Origin: Zygnema circumcarinatum SAG 698-1b
Taxonomy: Eukaryota > Plantae > Zygnematophyceae
Length of the DNA stretch: 64,000 nt
Direction: 5' to 3'
Assembly: GCA_037447605.1 (NCBI GenBank)
Contig: CM074805.1
Location: 1,397,361 to 1,461,360, forward strand
Position numbers and translations under genes: made by a program. The notes below the pieces were generated by a model. It was not told the DNA's origin. It saw only the letters and a list, made by a program, of their open reading frames with translations, and searched no databases. Below, piece after piece: positions 1 to 13,208 of the stretch (the first letter of the stretch is position 1; each line of letters begins with the position of its first letter).

Positions 1-168
1 GTCAGAGCAATAAGTCCGTCCTTCATGGTCCTACCGGAGAGTGTAAGGTACGGTAAGACGGGGTGCCAGACTTGACACCTCGCGGCGGAAACAGGGCGTG
101 ACAGATTGAAAAGGAGTGAGGAGGCACATTACCGGGGGTCCAAATGGCTGTATGGAGTCAAAATTCAT
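1..168 (-). CDS. Possible 5' end of a minus-strand gene leaving the window (product unknown)
   Basis: On the minus strand, ATG at 168 opens a 36-nt exon (MNFDSIQPFGPP), followed by a pyrimidine-rich 101-nt GT..AG intron (132-32) and an exon open to the window edge (DHEGRTYCSD). An alternative ATG (MKDGLIAL) lies in the second exon. Telo-box-like AAACCCTAA motifs lie upstream at about 345-362. No family recognised. Confidence 0.35.
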
Positions 169-650
169 GCTGAAAATTGACCTTTGACGTGAGTCCAATT
201 CGCAGGCTCGGCTGCTATAGCAGCTTTGACTCGCTGGCCGGAAGCTAATCGAGTCTACCCTCCCCCCCCCTCCCTCCCGTAGAACAGTGAAGGACTCTTA
301 CAAGAGGGCTGGGCTGTGCGCGAACACGAAAATGAAAGGGGCTAAAAACCCTAAAAAAACCCACTTTTCACTCTCTGCAAAAAGATTTAAGGTCCCACTT
401 GAGCGTGAGATTTCAGTTTTTTTTTTTCAGAAAAATAGGCTTCTTTTTTTTTTTGAAAAAATCGCAATTATATTTTTGAATTTGCTCTAAAGACCTCGGC
501 ATCCCCACCCTTAAATGATCTGCGCGCTTTACAGCTGCAAACCGCCCAGAGCGTGATACCTCCCCCCTGACTCAAGAAATGGGAGCCACCGCCCGCTGCT
601 GGAGTTGCACAAGACCAACATGTACGGTAGCTTTTCGATTGGTCCATTCG

Positions 651-945
651 CCACGTGGCCCACCGTCCTTAGTTTGAATCTCTAGGCCCACTATTGGTCC
701 TGCCTTGGCCGACATATGCCACGTAGTTCGCACGTGTTCCACGTGCCTGCCACGTTTCAGGCTTCCGCGGCGCCAGACGCGGCACCCCTCGGCGCAGAGG
801 CCCGACCGGGAGCAGATGTACGAACTAATACGACAAAAAAATCCGTACGCTTCGCGTCAGGGCTCCAAGGGTTTTTTCAAACAAGGGAAAATCCACGAAT
901 GGCAGACGGCCACGTCGACGGAGTCCTCTAAACGCGGACACGTGG
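651..945. promoter_or_regulatory. G-box/ACGT cluster upstream of RbcX
   Basis: Seven CACGT cores in 300 bp, four of them perfect CACGTG (652, 731, 740, 939), 450-740 bp upstream of the RbcX ATG. Confidence 0.5.
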
Positions 946-1391
946 TGCGCGGAGAATGGCTGCCTTACCGCAGATTTTTGGACGGAATGCACGTGGATCC
1001 AGCCCCTTGGAAGATCGACGGCGGTGAAGGCGCCTCGTGGCAACGTTCAGAGACGAGATTTCGCTTGGCGCACACACAAAGCGTAATGCGTTGTTGCGGA
1101 CAGTGCGAATGTTCCCCGTCTCATTAAAAAATCGCAAAATGTCGCACGGAGCCGCAGTTCAGCGTGCGGTCCCGTCGTGCAACCCCCCTTCCTTGGCTAC
1201 GGGATGGCTTTGGAAGTTTGGAACGGAACGGGGAACTGACGCATGGAGTCCGGCCCCAGTGCAGGTGCTCTGATAAACGGCGCCGGCTGCCGGCCCGTCG
1301 TTGCTCCTCCTGCAGGCCCTGCAACCAACTGTCCTGAGCGGCTCGGCTGCCTCCCTGCTAGCAATACAGAACAGGAGGGTGATTTGAAGCC

Positions 1392-4300
1392 ATGGCGACA
1401 AGGTCGCTGCAAGCAGCTGAAAGGATTTCTTCAACCGGTGCGGAGGTTTCTTCTCATATAAGGTCGGGGTACGATCAGAGGGCTGTGTTGCAGGGGGAGA
1501 AGAGTCAGAGCAGGCGGAAGGGAGTCGTTTATTCTGCTGCTCACAGGGTGGAGACTCGGAGAGCTTCTGGAAGAGTTCTTCAGGACGCAACGTTATGGTG
1601 CGGAGAGAAAGCATCTCTCAGAAATATAGGGTTGCTCTCAAGAGGGAGGAGACACATTGCGCTTTCCCCAGCTTGTTCGAAGATGTTTGTTCCTGGTACG
1701 ACAGAGCTTTGAAAGGCGTCTTTTGATGGAATTCGGTATAACTCAACAGGATTATCGAGTAATCCAGCTAAATTATTTTATCGACTGCTGCTTATTTGCT
1801 TTGCCTGCCGTTTTTCTGCCGTTGTTTTTCTATCCATGACTGAATTTCACGTTGTTGGTGTCAGGTTTTGGAGAGAAATCCCCGGAGGCGAAAGCAGCCG
1901 ATTCTCTCCATAATTTCTTCACCTATCTTGCTGTCAAGATCGTCCTGGCTCAATTGCAGGTGCCATTCTCTGTCCCTCTCTCAAAACGAGGTCGCCGCCT
2001 GGGGCTGCTTCATCAGATACTTTCGGTGTTTGCAAATTACTGCCAAAATCGTCCAATACTTTTAGTTCAGAAAAAATGGAGTGTCGTAAATTACGCAATT
2101 TCCATGGAAACCATTCTAGGTGATATTTCCTAGAAGCCTTCTAAGTTTTGTTTTGGACGGAGAGGCAAATCTTTGGCGGGGCTTAACTCTTTGAAGCACA
2201 AGCCGTTGCTTTCTAGAGGTTTTTTCATGTTTCTATGTTGTTGCCACAGATCTGCCTTTTTTAGAGCATTCTTGGTTTCTTCGTGCGTCGTGCCTTTTTT
2301 TTTTTCCTCTCCCTGATCGCATCTTCTTTGCGCCAGCTCTTCTGTCTTTCTCTTTCTCATGCAGTTGGAGCTTTGTGGTGCGTTCTATTTATAAGCCAGC
2401 AACATAAGAGAACTAAAATCAGCACTGCTGGTTATTTAAGTTTAACGACTTCAGGCTGATTGGTGTCCAAAGAGAATTGTGGAAGGAAGCACTCGTTCTT
2501 GTTGATATTTCTTTCTCCGGCTTGCTCTGATCATTTAGTTGATCCCTGCATGTAACATAAGCGTTAATGGCTTACTCAGGCGGTTTGGTGTGGGGCATGA
2601 ACATGGACATGTTTATCTCATGTTTTTTTTTCCGTTTTACCTACCACTGCGTTCTTAATGGTACCCTGCGATACCCTGACACGCGTGTAGCGCAATGGTG
2701 AAATATCCTAGATTAGAGGAACTGGGCTGATTGCTGTGTGTTCGGCCCCTCCTTGACAGGCCTATAATCCCGACGGCTATAAGGATCTAAAAGAATTTGT
2801 GGATCGAGTACCACTCAAGGATGGTGACCGCTTTTGCGCAGAGCTTATGCGAGAGTCTCCTCAACACAAACGCCTCGGTAGGTTTGATTGCTTTGTAATT
2901 GTTTATATTGGACCTATAGTTGGACCTATTGTGAGAATGGGTTTCCATAATTCAGTGAATCGGGAGGCGTATAAAGGATAACATAATAACCTTTGTTATG
3001 TTTGGATTTGAGTGTTGGAAACGGTCTATAAGGTAGACAGCGCATGGTGTGGAGATGCAGTAATAGAATTTAGAAACTTGTGGGATGACTGTGGCTGTCA
3101 GTTTATCAAAAGTTCTAACTGGGAAGGAACTCAATTTGGAAGAGATGAATAGGCGCAGATGTTACAGACTTTGAACTCTGATATCTTGACGATAAGCTTA
3201 GAGCGAGCGCTACCTTTTTTCTTTGAGCTTTTGATATTCTGACCTTTGCATGTCTCTGTGCCTGTTGTGTTTCGGTCATCTGCAGCTATGCGAATACTTG
3301 AGGTCAGCACGGGCCTTGTTACCCGTCGTCTTGCCCCTCTAAATCTATGGGGCTGGGCTTAAACTCAGATTTGAACACTGTGTTGGTATTTGGATTTTTT
3401 TGCATGAAAGCAGGATGAGTGCAGGTCTGGTAATCTCCTAGTAATGGATCAATGAACCATTTACTGTTCAATTTAAGTTTATATGAAAGATGGTGCTGAT
3501 GAATTCTATCCCATTCCATAGCTGCCAAAAAGTGTCCTTCTGGTCTATGCATTATGTTGCAGGTTCGTTCAGCTTACGCTCGGGAAGATTTTGAATGGGA
3601 CAACCTCAAGGCCTTGTCACAAAAGGTACTAGTTTTTTTCTCTTCTATATTGTGGTAGACCTGCATCAATGGATTGATAATGCAATAAACCCTGAGAGAT
3701 GGGAGTCATATCGGTGAGAAATGTCTGAGGCGCAAGGTCTGGATGTCGGCGGCTTTGTAGCGACTTGTTAGAAGCTCAAGCACAAACGAATCCTCGACGG
3801 AACTCTGACCGCCATTAGGAATTGTGGAAGGAATAACAAAGTAAACAAGGATACATTTTGAGAGCATGAAGCTGTCGTGTTCAACCCCGTCAAAAATGGT
3901 TCGTTATTGAGAAGATTATTTATGTGAGAAGTCTTTCAAAACACGTTTCCCTTGGATTTACAGATTTGTAGACATCTTTCAGAAAGATATTTTATCGAAG
4001 GGTAGTTTACTGACAGGAACGGTCAAAAACGCATATTTACCGTAGTTCAAGTTGCATACATGTTTAGACTATGGACTGTGTTTCAGGTTGCCGTATCCTA
4101 TAATTAGGTGCGAACTGGGAATATTAGAAGACAGATTGGAAACACCTTCCAAGTTAAACGTCCTTTTGATTCGCGGTCTTCCTCATCTTTGTCTAGAGGG
4201 AGTTCCGCTAAAAGAGTGAGGATACTCAAGTCATTGTAGTTTAATGGGATGGGTGTTTTATAAATTTTTAGGATGGCAAATGGAATACCTATTACTTTAG

Positions 4301-4735
4301 CTTGCGAAGGCCAATAGCTGTACTCTTGATTCTGTTTTAGGGCAGAAAGCCGAAGGCAGAATCTCTGGAGTTCAGAGTTTTGTAATTCGTGGAGGCAAAC
4401 CTGTGTTTTTAGTGTCCTTTACTTGCTGAGGTGCCGTTGCGGGTAGGGTGCCGTTCTGTGTCTTGGTGATCTGTGGTAACCAGTTAGGGTTGGGGCCGAA
4501 ATAAATTGCAATTCGTTACGTCTAACTAAGGTTAACTATTGGGCACATTGATAGAACCAAAACATGAGCAGATAAATGGGCATAGCTGGTGGTACTGCTC
4601 CTCATTTTCATTAATATAAAAAAGCCTCAATGGCCTTCCTTCTGACCTTGAGGGTTTCTATGATCGCAGGTAATGGACGACGCCAACACCACATTGATGC
4701 GTGACTTTTTAGTGGAGACGAGCAAGTGGGACTGA
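1392..4735 (+). CDS. RbcX: Chloroplast Rubisco assembly chaperone RbcX (Arabidopsis RbcX1-like type), 220 aa
   Basis: Exons 1392-1695, 1865-1959, 2760-2877, 3286-3302, 3563-3625, 4670-4735 (663 nt, all GT-AG, phases consistent). An Arg/Ser/Ala-rich transit-peptide-like leader precedes KMFVPGFGEKSPEAKAADSLHNFFTYLAVKIVLAQLQAYNP...DGDRFCAELMRESPQHKRLAMRILEVRSAYAREDFEWDNLK...NTTLMRDFLVETS, matching plant RbcX motifs. Confidence 0.95.
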
Positions 4736-6165
4736 AATGTAGCTGCCGATATAATAATGGACAAAAAAGGCCATCAAGCCCGGCAGTGCCCTCTAAATTT
4801 GGCACCTGTTAATAGAAGCAGAGGGGAGCCGGCCTCCTGCTGTCACGGCGTGACTAAAGAGCATGGTTCTTTTGCGTCCATGTGATGGGGAAACCGGAAA
4901 CATCAAGCAGCCGATTTCCACGTTCTCTTTTCACTTCCGCAGTTCAAATTTGCCTCTGGATTATTAATGTTGGTAACTAAGATGGGTGGAGGCCCTGAAT
5001 GAGGCGCTCCATGTTTATAGTTGATAAGAATGTGAGAGGGGATTTTGTTTCCTTATTTTTTGGATATGGAAGGACCTCTTGGTCAGTGGAATCATTAGCA
5101 TAGGTCGTTGAGATGTCGTAGTGTGATCCCTGTACAGTTCCTCTAATTATGGGTCAAACCATATATGTAAATAGGCATTGTGGCTGCTCTTTTCTACTTA
5201 AGCCTCTTCTTGATCTTGTTGGAACCTATGGCTTTCAATTCTAAGTTCAAAAGGTTTAAATTAGCTCTTACTGAACATGAGTGCAAGCATCATCTCTCAT
5301 CCTAAAATGGAAGAAGCTCATTGTTGTCTATGGCCCCCATTGTTGATGATGTCATTCTTGTGAAAGGTGAACTTTCCTCAACACGAAAATGGGAGCGAAG
5401 AATGCTAAACAGAGAAATCAGCTAAAAGCACATTTCACACTCAACGCTGAAAAGTCCGCGCATATGCCCCGACCGAACAGGCGAAGCTCGTGAATTGATC
5501 ACCTTTTTTCACTGCAGTGGAACTAATCTTTGGCTGATTCTCTCTGAACAGAGACTTAATTTGAATATTGTCTTGCCACAACTGCGGATCTTCCCTCGGC
5601 TTTAATGGTTCAAGTGCAGTCCTTTCATTAGCAATTCAGCGCATCCTTTTCAAGCAACCTTTTCCTGAACCCAGCCTGTTCCACAGCTTTCCCCATGTTT
5701 TCAGGTTTTGTTTTTCTCCACTATTTCCTAGAGTTCGTGTGTCCTATCCCTCCCATTTCCGCTGGACTTCGAGAATTTGGAGACAATTTGTGACAATTTG
5801 TGCGACATGCAATACATTGTTGAATGACTTAGCCTTCCACGGCAGCGGGGCCAGCCATGGCTGCCCTTCACGGATACAAATGCCGTTCCGGATGCACATG
5901 ACTATTCAAGACTTCGGCCAATCAGGGGAATGCGGCTCCACATCCACGGTGTGCAGCACCCCACCGATGAAGTTTCTAATCTTCCAGATGTTCATTGACA
6001 AACGCAAAGTAAAGATGCGAGATGTCCGAGAGTTCAACGTTAAGTCATTCCGATCTCTCTCACAAAATCAAGATGCCTGCAGCCCTCAGCCCGCACACTC
6101 TGAGCGGCAGAACCTCCTACAAAAATGCAGCGCAGCACGCAGCAGTCAGTCCGTCAGTCCATATT

Positions 6166-8015
6166 CTACACCACCAGTCCTCGGGACCGGGGGGGGGACT
6201 CCGACTCATCATCATCCACAGGCTCTACGCCTCTCTCCTTCTCCTTCCTGCCTCTCCTCTCCCTCCTCGGAGGAGCATTGTCCTCATCGCCAGCTTTGTC
6301 CGCCACAGGATCCTTCTCCTCCCGATGTTGGCTCCCTCCCCCGAGGCTGTCCTCCACTTTAGGGCCGATCCTCCCTCTCATTGAAAACCCTGTCTTCCCT
6401 CCTGCGCGCGGAGACTTGTCATAAGCACGACGACTCTCGTACCGATCTGAAGGGCTTCGACTGCGGTATCTGGAAGGCCGAGAAAGAGAACCACATATTA
6501 AACTTACATTGCATAACGTAGGCCGCACGGGCAAAGCATGGCAGTCACCCTATTTGCACAAAAGGCTTGTTCCTTGTACCCCTTGGAACGCAGACACTGG
6601 ATTTCCTATAAAGATTTACAGCGAGGCCAAGAATCAATCTTCGCTGACCCAAAATCAATCCAGTCTCTTCTAGACGATGTGTGAATGCCAACAGCTGTTT
6701 TCAGCCGGTCAGATTATTGTCAGCTCTTTGATGAGGACACTGAACCCTAATTCCTAATACCCAGCTTTTATGCTTCCTTGTTCCATTCTTGACGTAACTT
6801 TTCTAGATTGCGTCAGATCATAACAAGCAATTATGAAAACTTTCAGGGAACAACATGACCAAGTCACATGGCGAACCAATGTCATTGCAGCTAAGTATTT
6901 CTCACCAACACTATGTGAACCAAGTCCTCCTTCATGAGATAAAAAAACTTTACAGGGCCTCAAAATCCCTGAGCAGGGTCCGTCAACCGGACATAGCTTC
7001 GTGAATCATCACCACGAGTCAACTTCCCAGAGCTCTACTTGAAAACGATTAACTTGAGAAAGTATTTAGGGCAGGCTACGGACGTAACAAAAAGGCAAAT
7101 TCCATTTGGGTCTCACCTTGCAGGACTCCTCCGGTAGTCACGGCGAGGGCTGTATTCGCGGTATCGTCCATAGCCCCTACGGTCATCTCCAGAGCCATTG
7201 TACCTAAAGAACAAGCAGCACCCACATATGAGAAATGGTCGCGAAACGGGATGATCTTCATAAAACATTAGAAGAAGTTAGTACCAACCCTATGAAATAC
7301 CAGGTAGCTCAACCAATCCAGCTAATCTCCATTAGATGAAACTCAGAAGACATTCCTCAAACGGTAGTCAGCAAGGTTCGGTCATTTCAGAGTCATCCAT
7401 CAAAGCACGTTTCCTGTATGAAAACTGTGCATCTAGGAAAATGGAATCCGAGCTCCCAGACCATTCTATTTCAAGCCCTTTAAATAGGGTTGTCCCGTGC
7501 ACTGAGTCATTGCCATGAAGCAAGATTCGCGTGAGTCTATGCCACAGAGCATACCCTCACGGACCCTACTTTCACATTTTCCATAATTGCCGCTGCATCT
7601 TGGACAATTTACGTGCCGCATAAAGCTAGATAGATGACGAATGTGCCGCAGCATTTGTAACACGTGAAGCAACTAAAATTTCAACTGCGCGTAAGAAAGG
7701 ACCGCCGTGCAGAGAGCGTGCGAAAAAGAGAGGGGACAGTCGGTCACGGTCGTGCACCCGCACAGCCATGCATCCATATTTTTTCCTGAAATGAATCGCT
7801 GTATGTAAATGTATGCGTATCTGCCGGCACTAATGCGTAACATCAACTTGCTTTCGTTACGTGCTTGCCCGCACGAGAAACCAAAACACGGACAAGATTC
7901 CTCACGATGGAGAGGAGAACCTACTCCACACTCTGAAACGTCATCCAAAAGCGGAAAGTCGGCCGGAAGGGGGAGCACCGAGTCCTCTCAACCTTACAGG
8001 AATTGCGATGATCAT

Positions 8016-8072
<57 letters not shown>

Positions 8073-11000
8073 GTAGATCTTTGATAACCAGTTAACCAAG
8101 TGATAAACTGCAGTGCATGTTTTCCATGAATAGTTGACACCTTCGGCATTCTACCCTCCCACACACCTAGAAGTCTATCCGATTCTTGCAGTCCACCCAC
8201 CTGTTGCTCCGTCGATCGCGGCTGCTTCCATCAACCCTGCGATCATACCCTCCTCCTCCTCCTCCTCCTCCTCCTCCTCCTCCTCCTCCTCCATGGCGAT
8301 ACCCCCCAGCCCCCCCTCTAACCGGAGAGGGAGAGCCATCTTCAGGAGGAGGGGTCCTGTACCGTCGTGCATACGAGTACTGTTCGCTGAACCCTCGCCC
8401 GCGACGAATACGCTTTGGCTCTTCTTCTGCTTGGGGTCTGCGCTTGGAAAGCAGGGTTTTAGGACAAGGGTTTCATCACGGATGCAAATTGGGGAATAGA
8501 TATGTAAGAATAATCACTGGTAGTGAGGATATGAAAGACCACGCAATGTGGGCAGCACTCGACAAGCAGAACTGCGCCCTTAGGATATGTAGAGAGTTTT
8601 ATGTTTGCCAGGTTCAAACGTCCTTCGGCATTTCACGATCCCTAAAGACATTTCTACCGTGACATAAGTCATCATCATGACATGCCAAAGTGTAACCGTA
8701 CGAGATGTAGGAATTGTTGCAAAAAAAGGAAGAGTCAGCGGGACACAACAAGGAAACACAACAAACTGTCAGCTAGGTTGTGAAAGCGGCAGGTACAATC
8801 TAAGAATATGAAAGAAACTATACGACACTTGGACACAACATTGCAGCACTCACCTATCCGTAGAAGAGTCAATGGCCTTCTCCTGCCCATTGCTTGGCAC
8901 AACCTTTGAATCATTAGGAAGACCTTTGTCATCACTGGCCAAATGTTGTCCTGACCTTCTATAATGCTCTGAACCCCCCTCATCTTCCTCAATACTCCGA
9001 ATCTCTTGAACAGGTGGTTCAGTGTCAGTCGGCTGTACCTCAACTTCAAATTCTCTACCCACCGGTTTTCCGACCATTGTGCTTTCCTTGGCCATTTCTT
9101 CAGGATCAATAGAGGCAACTTTGGCATGCTGATATTCTTCACCTGCATTGCTCTCCAACTGCAACCCTGGAACATTCTCCACAACTGTAGATGCAGACCT
9201 GCTACGATGTTCCTTCGGGTGATCATCACCTCTTGTTTCCAGTGTTTCAGCAACACTAACATCTGCTTTCCTACCAAGATCTTCACGCTCGGCATCATCC
9301 CCTGTTCTGTTTGATGCTGCAGTCCCTTCATTCTTTTCCAATTCTTTTTTTTGCCTGCCTTTGGCGATGCGATCCGTTTCTCGTTTCCTTACCTCTTTAG
9401 ACTCATCCTCTTCATCTGTTTCCCCCGTCTTCTTTACTTCGTGTCTTCGCCCACTCCTGCTCGCATACTGATCATCGTCTTCTCCCTTGCTTACCTCACC
9501 TGAAGCTATTTTAAGACCTTTACCTTTGCCAGCTTCGCTTCGTTTCCCTTCGTGCTTGGACGAACCCTCTACAGACTTCATCTCCTTACCTTTTGCTTTT
9601 CCCACATCTCGCCTTCTAGCATCTGCCTCGTCATCACTTTCTCCTCCCTTTTCGGAGACTCGTTTTTTGGAACTGCCCTTCAAAGCCACCTTCGATCTAC
9701 CTGCGTTTCAAGATAAATTGAGTTCAGTTATAAGTGAGGTACATGTGATACATGTGGACCTTAACGAGCTGTCTCGGAGCTCATTGACATTTGAGCATGC
9801 TAACAGACAACATTTCCCTTGTCACCTAAACAGCCTGCTGTAAGTGTTCACGGATTTAGAATTCAGGATATGCTAATTCACCCTTTCAAAGGCTGCCCAA
9901 AAAATACCCAAAGCCTATTGGCTAAAAGTGGCAGCCCCTTTGGCTGTGTTCAAGGTAGAAACACACCTTTGGATTTCCCTCCTTTAGAAGACTTTCTGCG
10001 ATCGTCATCTTCACTTGATTCAGTCTCTCCCTCACTGCCACTGGAGGAGTCGTCATCCGAATCAGATCTGCAGGAGCAGCAATAGCTTAGCATCCGTACA
10101 GCAATCAAGCGCTTCATAGCTTCCATATTGCAGGTTCAGAAATAAGAAAGGCTGTAAAAATTGGGCCACAAAAACAACTGCTCATTTGACATCACCAAAT
10201 GCCAAGCTCAAACTTCTTGGAGCATTCTTAACAGAGTTGAGTAAATATACCCCACACATCAACACAGGCTTCTTTGTCTCAATTGGCATGTCACTATAGG
10301 AAAATCTCCAGCAACGTTATTGAACCCCTTTTTCAAATGTGAGACAGTCTCAGCGATACGTTGCCGCGCATCAACTTCTAAAAAACGCTCAGAACTGAAG
10401 CATGTGGATCATCGAAACAGATGAAGCTATTTTGTCAATTATTTACAAACTTACCGCTTCTTTGATTTCTTCTGCGAGTACGACTTCTTTCCCTTGCCCA
10501 CCACCTTCACTGCCTTCTTGTCCTTCGCTTTCTTCTTGTCAGTCACCTTGCGCTTCTTCCGGATTCGAGAATCGTCCTCGGACTCAGAATAAGAGTCCGA
10601 ATCCTCAGACTGTGAATCACTATCTGAGTACGAACTAGAATCTGCATCTGAGTATGAATCGCTATCAGAATCCGAGCCTGATCCTGAGCTACTGTAACTT
10701 TCCGACTCTGAGTCTGAAGAGTATTTCTTACTCGATTTTTTGGACGTCTTCTTTTTCGCTTTAGGGGCATCTTTTTTGCCCTTCTTTGCTTGTGACTGCC
10801 TCTTTCTTTTTCCTTCCCTATCGCCATCCTTCCCTTCTCCTTTAGTCTTGGCCGATTTCAATGGCTCTCCTAACCCTTCATCTAGTGGTGCATCAGCTTT
10901 CACCTCCCCACACTTTGTAATCTTCACGGGAAAAACAGGTCTATCCTTATCCGCTGTCTCAACCTCTTCAATCTTTCGCACCACGTCCATACCTTCCACG

Positions 11001-13208
11001 ACTATTCCAAAAACAACATGCTTCCTGCAGAGCCCATTAATCCTAAGCCATTTAGAGACATGGAGCCATTATCCATGATCCAAAGGAGTACCATCATAAC
11101 ATACCTGTGATAACTGCAATCTATCTCACATCTATCTCAATGTCTTGCGAACTGCCTGATTCCCTCGTTCAGTCTTACACACTCAGCCTGTACTTTTTTC
11201 TTTAGCTTTACGAATATGTTGGGTGCCATAGCTGTGCTTACCCATCCAAATGTGGAGTTGCCTTCAAGGTGATGAAAAATTGGGACCGATTTGTGTTTTT
11301 GCCAGCATTAGCCATGGAGAGGACACCTGGCCCGCTGTGCTGCAGCTTGAAGTTCTCGTCTGCAAAACCAGGAAAGAGAAGGACTTTCACTTCAATGTTT
11401 AAGAGATGGAAATCCCAGAGTCACAACTTGATTATAACCGCAACTCTTGTCGGAGTGGCAGCACTTGCATCATGTGCTTGAGTCAGCCTGACTTTGCCTT
11501 CGTAGCAAGATCTTAGAACCTGCACAGCAACGCAGCAAACAAGCCGTCTCTTCCAAAAAAAAAAGTCGCCGTGCTCCACCGTCTATGAGGTTAGGCATCA
11601 CATGGGAAATGCTCAGAGAATGCTTCGGTTCAATGCAGCACATCTAACAGACCCCAAAGCCTTGAAGAGGAAGAATGAGCCCTTACACACACCATGAAGC
11701 CTTCATCTGCATCGCCGCCCCATTTCAAGGCCCAATCAAAGTCTTCAGCCGGCTGTGTAAGCTGAGAGTATGAGCTCGAAAAATCCATTTCGTCCCTGAC
11801 ATACCATGCATGGGTGATGACAGCCAATAAAGACCTAAATTAACACAACAGCAATTACTAGAAGTTATAGAATTTCGGAATACCCCAATATGTTAGACCT
11901 GAATGTGGTTACCTTGATCTGATACACGCGTTCTAGAGTGTCCTCGCCTAAAAGATGATTACCTGCAAATGTGCCTCCGTAAATGGACTCTCCACCCGTC
12001 CCTGCCAGCCCCAATCGTCATACCCTTTTTCAATCATCAAAAGAAGTGTTGAGCTTGCTGTATATGCTTGAAATGAGCCACGGATTGTAACTCCAATAGC
12101 CGAACTCATCATGATGGACATCCTGATGCATATAGAAGTCAACAATTCCAACTTCGAAGGGGACTTACCATCTTTATTTGTGAAATCTCCCCCCTGGACA
12201 CGCAGAACAGAGACATCCCGAGACAAGAAACATAAGGATTGTATAGGGAAAGCCGGAATTTTCCACAGCAATTCTAAAGAGGTATAGGCAAACACAATTC
12301 AAAAATCGTCCCACCAGTGTAGAAATAAATGGGAGCGTGCAACACAAGTCATTCTTGGACTCGGACAATTTCGCTCCATTGTGACTGATAGCTCAACGCA
12401 GAGGCATTGCGTTTGCAAGTTATTTCAATGCATGCATGCATGGATGTCAGTGATGGGTTTATGCCGCTTCTTGGATTCTCAAGGTCGAGCTCCGACACAA
12501 TCACACACGATATGAAAATCGCAGAGTCCGCTATCATATTCCTCTTCATTTTCATCCGAGTACACACTAAAGCGGAAAATAAGACGAGGAGTGCATTTGG
12601 AGAAACCTGAAGCATGAAGTTCGGTATCACTCGGTGGAAAATGGAGCCCTTGAAAGATAGATTTTTGCCCGACACCTTTCCGACTCCTTTCTCCCCTGTT
12701 TCAATACCAATAGTTACTAGTTATTAGTTACTATACATTCGTCACTTCACTCACCATTTCTTTTTGTTGCTAATTCTCGCAGGCATAAGTACCGACCCTA
12801 CTCTGGAAAGGCCAATCGCCTGAATCTACCAAAAGTTATTACAAGATTGCTCTGCATAGTAAACCTCCACAATTCTCTAAAAGCTCTCACCAGTACAAAG
12901 ACATCGAAAATTCTCTGCCGTTGTAGGCACCACGTCTGCAAATAACTGAATCACAGCCAGCCCAAGCAAAAACAGCCTTTAATTTCAAGGTTTAAATTGT
13001 AGATCCAGCAAAGGTAATACTCAACTTCCTTTCAACAAAATTCATAAGTACTGCTACAAGGAACACAACAAAAAGAGACACTGAAAAATCAACGGGAAAA
13101 AATCGTTGCGGGCCGGAAAGAGCGCACCTCAATCAGAATCCTTCCTGCAGATTCTCCCCCGATCGAAACATCAAAGAACACCTTCGGATTCAATTTAGGT
13201 CTCCCCAT
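6166..13208 (-). CDS. CYP63: Multidomain nuclear cyclophilin (PPIase plus acidic/Lys-rich and RS-rich tail), CYP63/CYP95-like
   Basis: Exons (minus) 13208-13128, 12945-12891, 12695-12607, 12193-12169, 12001-11963, 11359-11242, 11024-10455, 10067-9967, 9700-8854, 8437-8201, 7203-7117, 6469-6166. PPIase motifs [71 protein letters not shown]. The tail carries [21 protein letters not shown], typical of plant CYP63/CYP95, and RSRSP dipeptides. The symbol is approximate because the CYP63 and CYP95 paralogues cannot be separated here. Confidence 0.93.
8018..8067. repeat. (CT)25 microsatellite in a cyclophilin intron
   Basis: Direct read of 25 uninterrupted CT units. Confidence 0.95.

Noticed and set aside
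5568-6424. 264-aa and neighbouring plus-strand ORFs
   Set aside because: They overlap the last cyclophilin exon and its 3'UTR in antisense, and the start is non-ATG.
11693-11795. Possible 103-nt poison exon in a cyclophilin intron (CAG..GTGTGT)
   Set aside because: Splice sites are plausible and inclusion would give a premature stop, but such pairs occur by chance and there is no transcript evidence.
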